From: Candidatus Marinacidobacterales bacterium
GTDB lineage: Bacteria > Acidobacteriota > Vicinamibacteria > Marinacidobacterales > SMYC01
Direction of reading: 5' to 3'
DNA length: 64,000 bases
Assembly (NCBI GenBank): GCA_965237955.1
Contig: OZ250169.1
Coordinates: 3,296,001 to 3,360,000, forward strand
Every line of letters begins with the position of its first letter. Position 1 is the stretch's first letter. Of this stretch, positions 30,357-38,462 are shown one piece after another. A program made the position numbers and the translations under genes. The notes under the pieces were generated by a model. That model made no database searches. It worked only from the letters and a program-made list of their open reading frames with translations, and had not been told where the DNA came from.

Positions 30357-30883
30357 GCGACGTGCGAGAACGCTCCGTCGCGGCGACGTTACTAGCTTGC
30401 GTCTGGGTCGCCATCGCCGTCTTCGCGCTGGAGCGTTTTCTTCCGAGTGCGACGTGGCGTGGTCCGTATCTGCTCGGGGTGTCTTTGTCGTATCTCCTCA
30501 TCCGTGTGGCCATGTGGGGTGTCTTGCCGGCGCTCTTGTTGCCACGCGCGCCCCTTTGGCGTGTCGGTTGTCTCGTCGTCGGTCTCGACCTCGTCTTGCT
30601 CGACGCCGTGACGATGAGCACTATCGGTGGGGAGCTTGCCGGTCTCACGCTCGCGTTCGTTCCAGCGCAGCTCTTCTACCGTTGGACCCGCGACCAAACC
30701 CACCTGCGAAGCAGGGTGGCGTTACATTTCATCTACTACACCGTGCTCCTCCTCTGGGTACTGCCCGCGGTGCTACTCGAGCTCACGACCGGCTCGTTCG
30801 AGCTCTTGTCGACTCCACTGACGCGGCTCGACAAGGTTCTTCTGCAAATCATCGCGCTTCCGGGCATCCTCGGGATCGCGGCG
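30353..30883 (+). pseudogene. 5' half of the membrane methyltransferase gene, inverted
   Basis: Multi-TM sequence ending at PGILGIAA, then reading into antisense sequence; GTGA overlap with the previous ORF. Confidence 0.7.
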
Positions 30884-31385
30884 CCTCGATATCGGCAGGG
30901 CTCGATTCGAGAAAACGCTCGACGGTCACGCTCTCGTCGCGAGAGAACGACCACTCGTCGCTCACGCCTTCCATACTCATGACCACGAGCGGCAAGAGCG
31001 CGACGGACAGAAGCTTGGCTTCCCTTTGCGCCCTTCGCTTGTCGAGCTCGGTCACGATCCCGACGATCAATCCGAGAAGATAGAAAAGAGGCGCCGCCAT
31101 CAAAACGCACACGATGCCTTCCCCGAGAAGCGCGCCCGACATACCAATCGCGATCGTGATGCCTTTGAGCGCGGAGGCGATGGCGTTCTCGCTTCGCGGC
31201 AGCAACGCGAGCAGGATCGCGAGCCCCGCGGGAAGACCAATGAACAACAGCGACGTTTGCTCGAGGCGAATGCCGACGATCGCTCGGTAGGCGATGCCGA
31301 ACAAAGCGAGGCCAACAATCTAGACGATCAGCTTCATTTGATCGTCGGTCGGCACCCATTTCTGATGTTCAGGTATTCCCGTCAT
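30884..31385 (-). pseudogene. 5' half of a membrane + SRPBCC-like protein, with an in-frame TAG near 31321
   Basis: LEQTSLLFIGLP, EGIVCVLMAAPL; upstream frame MTGIPEHQKWVPTDDQMKLIV*; AGAGGA RBS. Confidence 0.7.
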
Positions 31386-31416
31386 CGTTTCCTCTCTTGT
31401 TGTGTAGGGGTCTCGA

Positions 31417-32112
31417 CTAGGTCCGCGCGAAAATCGGGCCGAGCGCGGCCGGAAGGTCTTCGAAAAGAGCGCCGACACTCGGCAGCTTCATCAACCTAGT
31501 CGCGAGACCAAGCGCGCGGCTCGCGAGGGTCACGAGTCGGCCGGTAGCCTCGGCTCGGTCAGTCGTATCATGAATCCAGCAAAAGACGATCGCGAGCTGA
31601 AGAACGAACAAGAGGAAGGATAAGGATTCGATACGAGCGTCGGGAAGCTTCTGGGAGGACCCGCGAAGCACTTCCCTCATAGCCTCGGTGACTTTTTCGC
31701 GAACATCAACGGTGGACGATCCGAGGACGTAGACCTTGGAAGCCGGATTGATGCCGACCGAGAAGAGCGAGCCGAGAGTTTCACGATACGACTCCATCCC
31801 CTCGAATTGCGCCTTCATCGCCCACCCGAACCGCTGGGCAATCGTGCCCTCAGGGAGCTTCGCTACGGCTTCCGTGAACTCATCCGAAAGCTGGCGGTAA
31901 AGGGCCAAGACGAACGCTTCTTTGGCGGGAAAATAGCGGTATGCGAGGCCTGGCGACGTCCCCGCCTTCGCCGCGATATCCCGCATGGTGGTGGCCTCGA
32001 AACCACGGTCCGCGAACAGCTCGAGCGCGGCATCGAAGATCCGACCACGGGTCTGCTGAGATTTCGCACTGGTGCCCCGCGGTCTCCCCCGCCTTTTCGT
32101 CGCTGTCTCCAT
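31417..32112 (-). CDS. TetR/AcrR family regulator
   Basis: LFADRGFEATTMRDIAAKAGTSPGLAYRYFPAKE helix-turn-helix. Confidence 0.92.
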   Translation of the reverse strand: METATKRRGRPRGTSAKSQQTRGRIFDAALELFADRGFEATTMRDIAAKAGTSPGLAYRYFPAKEAFVLALYRQLSDEFTEAVAKLPEGTIAQRFGWAMKAQFEGMESYRETLGSLFSVGINPASKVYVLGSSTVDVREKVTEAMREVLRGSSQKLPDARIESLSFLLFVLQLAIVFCWIHDTTDRAEATGRLVTLASRALGLATRLMKLPSVGALFEDLPAALGPIFART

Positions 32113-32147
32113 ACCATTAAAATAAACGCGTTTATTTTAATGGTCAA
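32113..32147 (-). promoter_or_regulatory. Perfect 32-bp palindrome overlapping the tetR promoter, probable TetR operator
   Basis: ACCATTAAAATAAACG|CGTTTATTTTAATGGT at 32113-32144; minus strand TTGACC-17-TATTTT then ATG 6 nt later. Confidence 0.8.
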
Positions 32148-32184
32148 GACCTTTTTCTCTCACGCGCTTAACAGTCAGTGATGT

Positions 32185-32207
32185 TATAATGGTGCCATCA
32201 TGATGGC
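32185..32207 (+). promoter_or_regulatory. -10 box and palindromic operator of the vapBC operon
   Basis: TATAAT at 32185-32190; palindrome GCCATCATGATGGC at 32194-32207 spanning the start codon. Confidence 0.6.
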
Positions 32208-32457
32208 GCGAACTCAGATCACGCTCGATCCGGAAACGCAGCGTCGTGCTCGCGAACGCGCTGCCGATCTCGGGATTTCATTCGCCGAGTACGTTCGTAC
32301 ACTCGTGGAACGCGACCTCGAGCGTCCGAGCCGGAATGGCGACCCATCCGTGGTTTTCGATCTAGGCCGGTCGAATGCGGCGGACGTCGCGCGCAACAAA
32401 GACGCCATGCTGGGTGCAGCCGTGGAAGCAGAGCGACCGCGGAAGACTTCTGAGTGA
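32200..32457 (+). CDS. Ribbon-helix-helix antitoxin (VapB-like)
   Basis: RTQITLD..ARERAADLGISFAEYVR; overlaps the PIN gene. Confidence 0.8.
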   Translation: MMARTQITLDPETQRRARERAADLGISFAEYVRTLVERDLERPSRNGDPSVVFDLGRSNAADVARNKDAMLGAAVEAERPRKTSE

Positions 32458-32867
32458 GCCTCTTTGTAGACACCTCGGTCTGGTACGCCGCGGCGGACTC
32501 AGGCGATCGCAGCAACGAGCGGGCAAAAGAGACTCTCGCTCTCGGTGAGTCGCTTCTAACCACCGACCACATTCTGGTCGAAACGTGGCTCCTTCTGCGA
32601 TTTCGACTCCACCGCACTGCGGCCGAGAAATTCTGGGAAGGCCTTCGGGGTGGAGTTGCCGCCATCGAGCCCGTCAACGCGGCGGACCTGGAGTCCGCGT
32701 GGGCAATGGGGCTGGACTTTCCCGATCAGGATTTTTCCATCGCAGACAGAACCAGCTTCGCCGTCATGCTTCGACTCGGCGTTCACCGCGCCGCGGCGCT
32801 CGACGACGACTTCGCGGTGTTCCGCTTCGGCAAGAACAAGAGCCGCGCGTTCGAGATCGTTCGCTGA
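32454..32867 (+). CDS. vapC: PIN domain toxin
   Basis: FVDTS, LVE, FSIADRTSF, LDDDF acidic tetrad. Confidence 0.88.
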   Translation: MSLFVDTSVWYAAADSGDRSNERAKETLALGESLLTTDHILVETWLLLRFRLHRTAAEKFWEGLRGGVAAIEPVNAADLESAWAMGLDFPDQDFSIADRTSFAVMLRLGVHRAAALDDDFAVFRFGKNKSRAFEIVR

Positions 32868-32912
32868 TCGATTCTACTGGCCGAGTCCTAGCGTTTCAGG
32901 CGCCTGCGCATT

Positions 32913-33473
32913 TCAGGGAAGGAGATTGCTCACGGCGATCTCTAGGTCGGGGAATGCCAGAGGCGAAACCGTGTCTGCCGGCTTCAAGACTATGCGTTCG
33001 TGATAGGTGCTATCCTTCGGATCGCGGTGGATCTCGAGAACGTCATCCACGAGGTTGACGATCCAATAGTCGCCGATGCCTGCTTCAGCGTAGATTGCTG
33101 CCTTGTCCAGGCGATCGAAACGAAGCGATGTTTCGGCCACTTCGATGACGAGTAGTGACTCCACATCCTCCGATCCGGCGTCGCGGGGGTCAGAGCTCGA
33201 GAGTACGCAAACATCGGGTTCAGGCTCCGAAGTCGAGTGTTTCAACGCGACGGGATCTTGAATCTGAACGATCGCACGTCCCTTCAGCGCTGGCGTCAAC
33301 AGGTTGTTCGCCAGTGTGACGGCCTGAACGTGTCGCCTACCTTTGGGACTCATCTCGCGGATCACCCCCCGAATCAGCTCGACGCGCTCGTCGGGCCCGA
33401 GCACACCGGCTTCACCCATACGGTGATACTCCTCCACCGTGAAGGTGCGCTGGCCTTCGATGACGTGCGCCAT
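32913..33473 (-). CDS. Uma2 family endonuclease
   Basis: FTVEEYHRM, EPEPD, LVIEVAETS, YAEAGIGDYWIVN. Confidence 0.9.
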   Translation of the reverse strand: MAHVIEGQRTFTVEEYHRMGEAGVLGPDERVELIRGVIREMSPKGRRHVQAVTLANNLLTPALKGRAIVQIQDPVALKHSTSEPEPDVCVLSSSDPRDAGSEDVESLLVIEVAETSLRFDRLDKAAIYAEAGIGDYWIVNLVDDVLEIHRDPKDSTYHERIVLKPADTVSPLAFPDLEIAVSNLLP

Positions 33474-33533
33474 GGTCGTATTTTACCTCTAATCCACAGG
33501 CACGAGGTCGTATTCTCATTATGTGAGGAAACA

Positions 33534-33959
33534 ATGACCACAAGTGTTTGGAGCAAGAACCAGCCTCGAGTGGGGCAGACCGCCGAGCGGTCCCGCTTCG
33601 TCAAACCTGAGTACATTCAAATGTTCGCGGAGATCAGCGGGGACGAAAACCCGCTTCATTTCGACGAGGCCACCGCGAAGGCTTCACGGTTCGGGGAGAT
33701 CATCGTCCACGGCGGTATCACCAGCTCGATCCTGAACGCCGTGTGCGCCGAGGATCTGCCCGGCCCGGGCTCGGTGTTCTTGAACACGAACTGGAACTTC
33801 AAAGCGCCGGTTCGTCCTGGTGACACGATCACGGGTTCCGTCGAAATGCTCGAAGTGCGCGAGGACAAACCGATCACGAAGGTCGCGACGAAGGTCACCC
33901 GCCAGGATGGCGTCGTCGTGCTCGAAGGCACCGCGCTCTGCTACACGATGACGTTATAA
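33534..33959 (+). CDS. MaoC family dehydratase
   Basis: SGDENPLHFD, IVHG, LPGPG, FKAPVRPGD; GAGGA RBS. Confidence 0.9.
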   Translation: MTTSVWSKNQPRVGQTAERSRFVKPEYIQMFAEISGDENPLHFDEATAKASRFGEIIVHGGITSSILNAVCAEDLPGPGSVFLNTNWNFKAPVRPGDTITGSVEMLEVREDKPITKVATKVTRQDGVVVLEGTALCYTMTL

Positions 33960-33968
33960 TTGCGCGGC

Positions 33969-35066
33969 ATGGTCGCCCGCGCACTCGACACCCTCATCTT
34001 CTTCGTCACGTCACGCTGTAACTCCAAGTGCCGGACGTGTTTCTACTGGGAAGAGCTGAACCAGACCGGGGATCTGAGCTTCGAAGAGATCCGGCAGCTT
34101 TCGGCGACGATGCCGAAGTTCAACGAGATCTGGCTCTCCGGCGGCGAGCCTACGCTGCGAGAGGGGCTGGTTCCGATCCTGGAGCTCTTCTACCGTCAAA
34201 ACGGCGTTCGCTCGGTTAACTTCCCTGCAAACGGCTTGCTCCCTCGGAAACTCCTCGAAACCTTGGAATCAACGTTCGCGCACTGCCCCGAGCTGCGCGT
34301 GAACTTGAACCTCGCGCTCGACGGCATCGGTGAAACGCACGATCGCATTCGCGGCGTGCCGGGGAATTTCGAGCGCGCGCTCGAGAGCCTCGAGCTACTG
34401 CAAGAGCTCAGAAGCCGCGACGAACGCCTTCGGCTCCACGTGAACACCGTCGTCTGTCGAGACAACGTCGCCGAAATGCTCACCCTCGGCGAGATGATGC
34501 GTGCTCGATTCGATCTCGACGGACACTACTTCCAGATCATTCGCGGCGAGCCGATGGACCCGGCGCTTCTCGAAGTTCACACACACACCATCGAAGAGCT
34601 CTACAAAGACCTGAAGCCCCTGTATCAACACTATGCCGACAAGGTCGGCGAACGTAAGGGATTCTTCGGTAAAGCCGGCTACCTCGGCGTGCTTGGCCTC
34701 TATCACGAGATCCAGGCCGCGAATCTGGACCGCCACCATCGATGGCCCATGCCGTGCACCGCGGGCCAGAACATCGCCGTCGTCGACGCCAACGGGGACA
34801 TCCGCTCGTGCGAGCTGAGGGAGCGACTCGGGAATCTTCGTGACTATGATTGCGATTGGAGCCGCTTTTGGGACTCACGGGAGCGCCGCGAGGAGATCGC
34901 AGCCATCGAGCGAGACGGGTGCTGGTGCACCCACGTTTGCTTCATCCACGCGAGCCTGAAGGCGAGCCCGAAGGCGATGGCCATCGACGTGCCGCGAGCA
35001 TACTTGCACCAAATCGAATCACCGAGAAGGGGAAACCGTGTCAGAAGTGTTGAGCATCGGGCATAG
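33969..35066 (+). CDS. Radical SAM protein with SPASM/twitch domain
   Basis: CNSKCRTC, SGGEP, HDRIRG, PCTAG..SCE..CWCTHVC. Confidence 0.88.
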   Translation: MVARALDTLIFFVTSRCNSKCRTCFYWEELNQTGDLSFEEIRQLSATMPKFNEIWLSGGEPTLREGLVPILELFYRQNGVRSVNFPANGLLPRKLLETLESTFAHCPELRVNLNLALDGIGETHDRIRGVPGNFERALESLELLQELRSRDERLRLHVNTVVCRDNVAEMLTLGEMMRARFDLDGHYFQIIRGEPMDPALLEVHTHTIEELYKDLKPLYQHYADKVGERKGFFGKAGYLGVLGLYHEIQAANLDRHHRWPMPCTAGQNIAVVDANGDIRSCELRERLGNLRDYDCDWSRFWDSRERREEIAAIERDGCWCTHVCFIHASLKASPKAMAIDVPRAYLHQIESPRRGNRVRSVEHRA

Positions 35067-35871
35067 CCCCGATCCCGACGACGCGTTCATGTTCTGCGCG
35101 TTGTCGAACGGCACCGTGAAGATCCGCGACTACGAGATCGATCACGTCCTTCAGGACATCCAGACACTCAACGAGCGCGCGATGAAAGGCGAGCTCGCGG
35201 TCACCGCGATCTCAGCCCACGCGTATTTGTCGGTCGCGGACAAGTACTGGATCATGGCCACCGGCGCCAGCATGGGCGAAGGTTACGGCCCCGTCGTCGT
35301 CTCCAAGAAGGAGATGAGCCTCGAGGATCTCGAAGGCAAGCGCGTCGTCATTCCGGGAGAGATCACGACGGCGGCGCTTCTCGCGCGCATCTATCTACCG
35401 ACGTTCGAGCCGGTCGTTCGGCCGTTCGACAAGATTTTCGACGCGCTCGACAAGGGTGAAGCTGACGCGGGGGTCATCATCCATGAAGGTCAGCTCACGT
35501 ACGCGGACAAGGGGTATCACAAGATCATAGATTTCGGAGAGCGATGGGAGAAAGAGACCGGGCTCCCACTTCCTTTGGGGCTCGACGTCGTGCGCCGCAA
35601 CCTCGGCCGCGAGCTCGCCGAGGAGATCAACCGCGCGATGCGCGCGAGCATCGATTGGGCTTACGAGAACGAAGAAGAAGCGCTGACGTACTCGCTTCAG
35701 TTCGGCCGCGGTCTCGAGCGGGAGCTCGGGCGCCGGTTTGTGAAGATGTACGTCTCGGAGCTCACCAAAGACATGGGTGACGCCGGTGAGAAGGCGCTGA
35801 GAGAGCTCTTCGCCCGCGCCGAAAAAGCCGGCGTCGTCGACAAGGCTCCGGAGTTCGAGCTCATACGTTGA
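35038..35871 (+). CDS. mqnD: 1,4-dihydroxy-6-naphthoate synthase (futalosine pathway)
   Basis: GHSPDPDDAFMF, GYGP, IIHEGQLTY, TGLPLPLG. Confidence 0.88.
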   Translation: MSEVLSIGHSPDPDDAFMFCALSNGTVKIRDYEIDHVLQDIQTLNERAMKGELAVTAISAHAYLSVADKYWIMATGASMGEGYGPVVVSKKEMSLEDLEGKRVVIPGEITTAALLARIYLPTFEPVVRPFDKIFDALDKGEADAGVIIHEGQLTYADKGYHKIIDFGERWEKETGLPLPLGLDVVRRNLGRELAEEINRAMRASIDWAYENEEEALTYSLQFGRGLERELGRRFVKMYVSELTKDMGDAGEKALRELFARAEKAGVVDKAPEFELIR

Positions 35872-36625
35872 GCTCGTAGATGATCCGCAGGCCTTCGAGG
35901 GTGAGCCGCGGGCTCACGATGTCGATCACTTTCGTCCACTCGGCAACGATGTCGGCCATGCCGCCGGTCGCGATCACTTTGGGCTCGCCGGGGAGCTCTT
36001 TTTTCAGGCGGGCGACGAGCTCTTTGACCAGCCCGAGGTAGCCGAGCACCAGCCCCGATTGCATCGCGCTGACGGTGTTGGTCCCGACGGCATGCTCCGG
36101 GAGCGTGAGCTCCACCTTCGGTAGTTTCGACGTCCGTCTGACCAGTGCCTCCGCAGTGATGCCGAGTCCGGGTGCGATCGCCCCACCAAGGTAGTCACCG
36201 TCCTTCGAGACGACATCGAACGTCGTCGCGGTTCCCAGGTCGGCGACGATTGCGGGTCCGCCGTAGAGCTTGTGCACCGCCGCGGTATTGGCGACACGGT
36301 CCGCTCCCACTTCGCTTGGGGTATCGATCTTGATGGTGATCCCGGTCTTCACACCGGGCCCGACGACAACAGGAGGTTTGTCGAGAACGCGTTCCATCAA
36401 CTCCTGAAACGTTGCCGTCAGCGGCGGCACCACGCTCGCAATGACGGCGCCGGAGATGTCCTTCCACAGAAGTCCTTCGTCCTCGAGGAGCGCCTTCAGC
36501 AGAACGTAGTACTCATCCGCGAGATGGTCAAGGTGCGTGGTCACCCGCCAGTCGGCGATCCACTCGCCGTCGTGATGCACCCCGACTGCCGTTTTGGTGT
36601 TCCCGACATCCAGAACCAGCAGCAC
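35861..36625 (-). CDS. coaX: Type III pantothenate kinase
   Basis: LDVGNT, SVVP, GADR, DLGTATT, GGAIAPG, ATGG. Confidence 0.93.
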   Translation of the reverse strand: MLLVLDVGNTKTAVGVHHDGEWIADWRVTTHLDHLADEYYVLLKALLEDEGLLWKDISGAVIASVVPPLTATFQELMERVLDKPPVVVGPGVKTGITIKIDTPSEVGADRVANTAAVHKLYGGPAIVADLGTATTFDVVSKDGDYLGGAIAPGLGITAEALVRRTSKLPKVELTLPEHAVGTNTVSAMQSGLVLGYLGLVKELVARLKKELPGEPKVIATGGMADIVAEWTKVIDIVSPRLTLEGLRIIYELNV

Positions 36626-36696
36626 AACCGCATTCTACACCCGGCTGGTGGCTGACGGCTGGTGGTCGATGGCGGAGTCGTGATACGAATAGGCGC

Positions 36697-37650
36697 ATGA
36701 TCCCCATCGAAGACATTCGTGCCGCGCAGCACGCGATCAAAGGAAAAGCCTTACGCACGCCTCTCGTCCGTCTCAACTACCCCGAAGACGAACGCGAAAT
36801 CTACTTGAAGCTCGAGAACCTCCAGACCATCGCATCGTTCAAGTTACGTGGTGCCATCAACGCGTTTCGCCTCGCGCCTCCGGAAGAGATCGAAAACGGC
36901 GTTCTTGCGGCGAGCGCCGGGAATTGGGCACAGGGAGTCGCCTGGGTCGCTCGCGAGAGAAGCATTCCGTGCACCATCATCGTTCCCGAGCACGTTCCCA
37001 AAACAAAGCTCGCCGCTATCGAACGCCTGGGTGCACGCCACATCGGCGTCCCCTACGACACGTGGTGGCAGTGCATGATCGAGCGCCGTTTCAAGGGCGT
37101 CGACGGACTGTTCTTACACCCCGTCGAAGACGAGCCGGTCATGGCGGGTAACGGCACGATCGCGCCCGAGATTCTCGAAGACTTGCCCGATCCCGACGTC
37201 GTGTTGATCCCATGGGGCGGTGGCGGGCTCGCGAGCGGAATCGCCAGCGGCCTCCGACAGCTTCGACCCAAGACCCGCGTGTATGGAGTCGAGGTGGACA
37301 CCGCCGCGCCGTTGGCGGCGTCGTTCGCGGCAGGAGAAATGACCACGGTCGAGCGCAAGACTTCGTTCGTTGATGGCATCGGAAGCGGGCGAATGCTGCC
37401 AAAGATGTGGCCGCTCGCACAAGAGCTCTTGACGGGCGCGTTCACCGCGTCAGTGGAAGAGATCGAGAATGCAGTCCGGCTCGTCGTGGAGAGAAATCGC
37501 GTCGTCCCCGAAGGTGCGGGCGCGTGCCCCGTCGCGGTTGCCCTGTCGGGCCGGCTCGACGCCCAGAAAATTGTCTGCGTCGTTTCCGGCGGCAACATCG
37601 ATTCCGATATTCTGGCGAAGATACTCGGAGGCGACAATGCAGTCCACTGA
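36697..37650 (+). CDS. PLP-dependent threonine/serine dehydratase family
   Basis: KLENLQ..SFKLRGA, SAGN, GGGGL, SGGN. Confidence 0.88.
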   Translation: MIPIEDIRAAQHAIKGKALRTPLVRLNYPEDEREIYLKLENLQTIASFKLRGAINAFRLAPPEEIENGVLAASAGNWAQGVAWVARERSIPCTIIVPEHVPKTKLAAIERLGARHIGVPYDTWWQCMIERRFKGVDGLFLHPVEDEPVMAGNGTIAPEILEDLPDPDVVLIPWGGGGLASGIASGLRQLRPKTRVYGVEVDTAAPLAASFAAGEMTTVERKTSFVDGIGSGRMLPKMWPLAQELLTGAFTASVEEIENAVRLVVERNRVVPEGAGACPVAVALSGRLDAQKIVCVVSGGNIDSDILAKILGGDNAVH

Positions 37651-37674
37651 CGTCGGAGCAAGTTGCCGAGGCCG

Positions 37675-38100
37675 TCAGGCTCCTAGGCGTTCTCGCAGAG
37701 ATTTCAAGTATCCCGGCGCTTTGACGTTGAGATAAGCCTCACGTAGCTTGGCCACCTCTTCGAAGTTCTCGAGGAAGGCCGGGTTTTCGAACTCCTCGCG
37801 GAGCTCGGGGATGAGGTGTTTCACTTTCTCCCACACCGCGGTGATCTCACCGTTCGTCTCGTAGAAGAGCTCTTTTTCCAGGACGTCACGCTTGACGATG
37901 GCGGAGACCATGTCCCAATACGTCAACACCTGCCGGAAGAACGCGTTCTCTTCCGAGCCGGGAGGGCAGAGCTCGTGGAGCTCTTCGGCGTTTTTCGCTT
38001 TGAAGCGGCCGAGGACGAACGCGCGCGCCTCGCGAAGCCGCGACTCACGCCGCAATTCATAGAACTGCAAGATCATTTGCGCGTCCTGGTACTGGCTCAT
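37675..38100 (-). CDS. Hypothetical helical protein
   Basis: 141-aa ORF, YELRRE..REAR and YWDM motifs, GGAGG RBS. Confidence 0.7.
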   Translation of the reverse strand: MSQYQDAQMILQFYELRRESRLREARAFVLGRFKAKNAEELHELCPPGSEENAFFRQVLTYWDMVSAIVKRDVLEKELFYETNGEITAVWEKVKHLIPELREEFENPAFLENFEEVAKLREAYLNVKAPGYLKSLRERLGA

Positions 38101-38168
38101 CGAAACCCTCCCCGTGCTGTTGAAATCGAAAGAGGCGCTAGCCTATCATGCGAAAGGAGGACTCAGCG

Positions 38169-38462
38169 ATGGTCAGCGAAGACTTCAAAATCGTGTGTCC
38201 GTGTTGCCAATCCAAGATCCTCGTCGACTACAAGGCGGGTGCCGTGATTTCTCACGAGGAGCCTCCACGCAAAGCCACCCCGACTTTCGAAGAGGCCGTC
38301 GCTCAGAACACCAAGCGGAAGGCCGATGCGGAAGACGCCTTCGCTCAAGCGGTCCGGGAGCACGAGAACAGAGAAGAGCTCCTGGAAAAGAAGTTCAAAG
38401 AGGCGTTCGAGAAGGCGGACAAAACCGACACACCCCCGCCGCACCCGTTCGACTACGATTAG
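38169..38462 (+). CDS. Small CPCC zinc-ribbon + coiled-coil protein
   Basis: AAGGAGG RBS; VCPCCQSKI; C-terminal PPPHPFDYD. Confidence 0.75.
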   Translation: MVSEDFKIVCPCCQSKILVDYKAGAVISHEEPPRKATPTFEEAVAQNTKRKADAEDAFAQAVREHENREELLEKKFKEAFEKADKTDTPPPHPFDYD

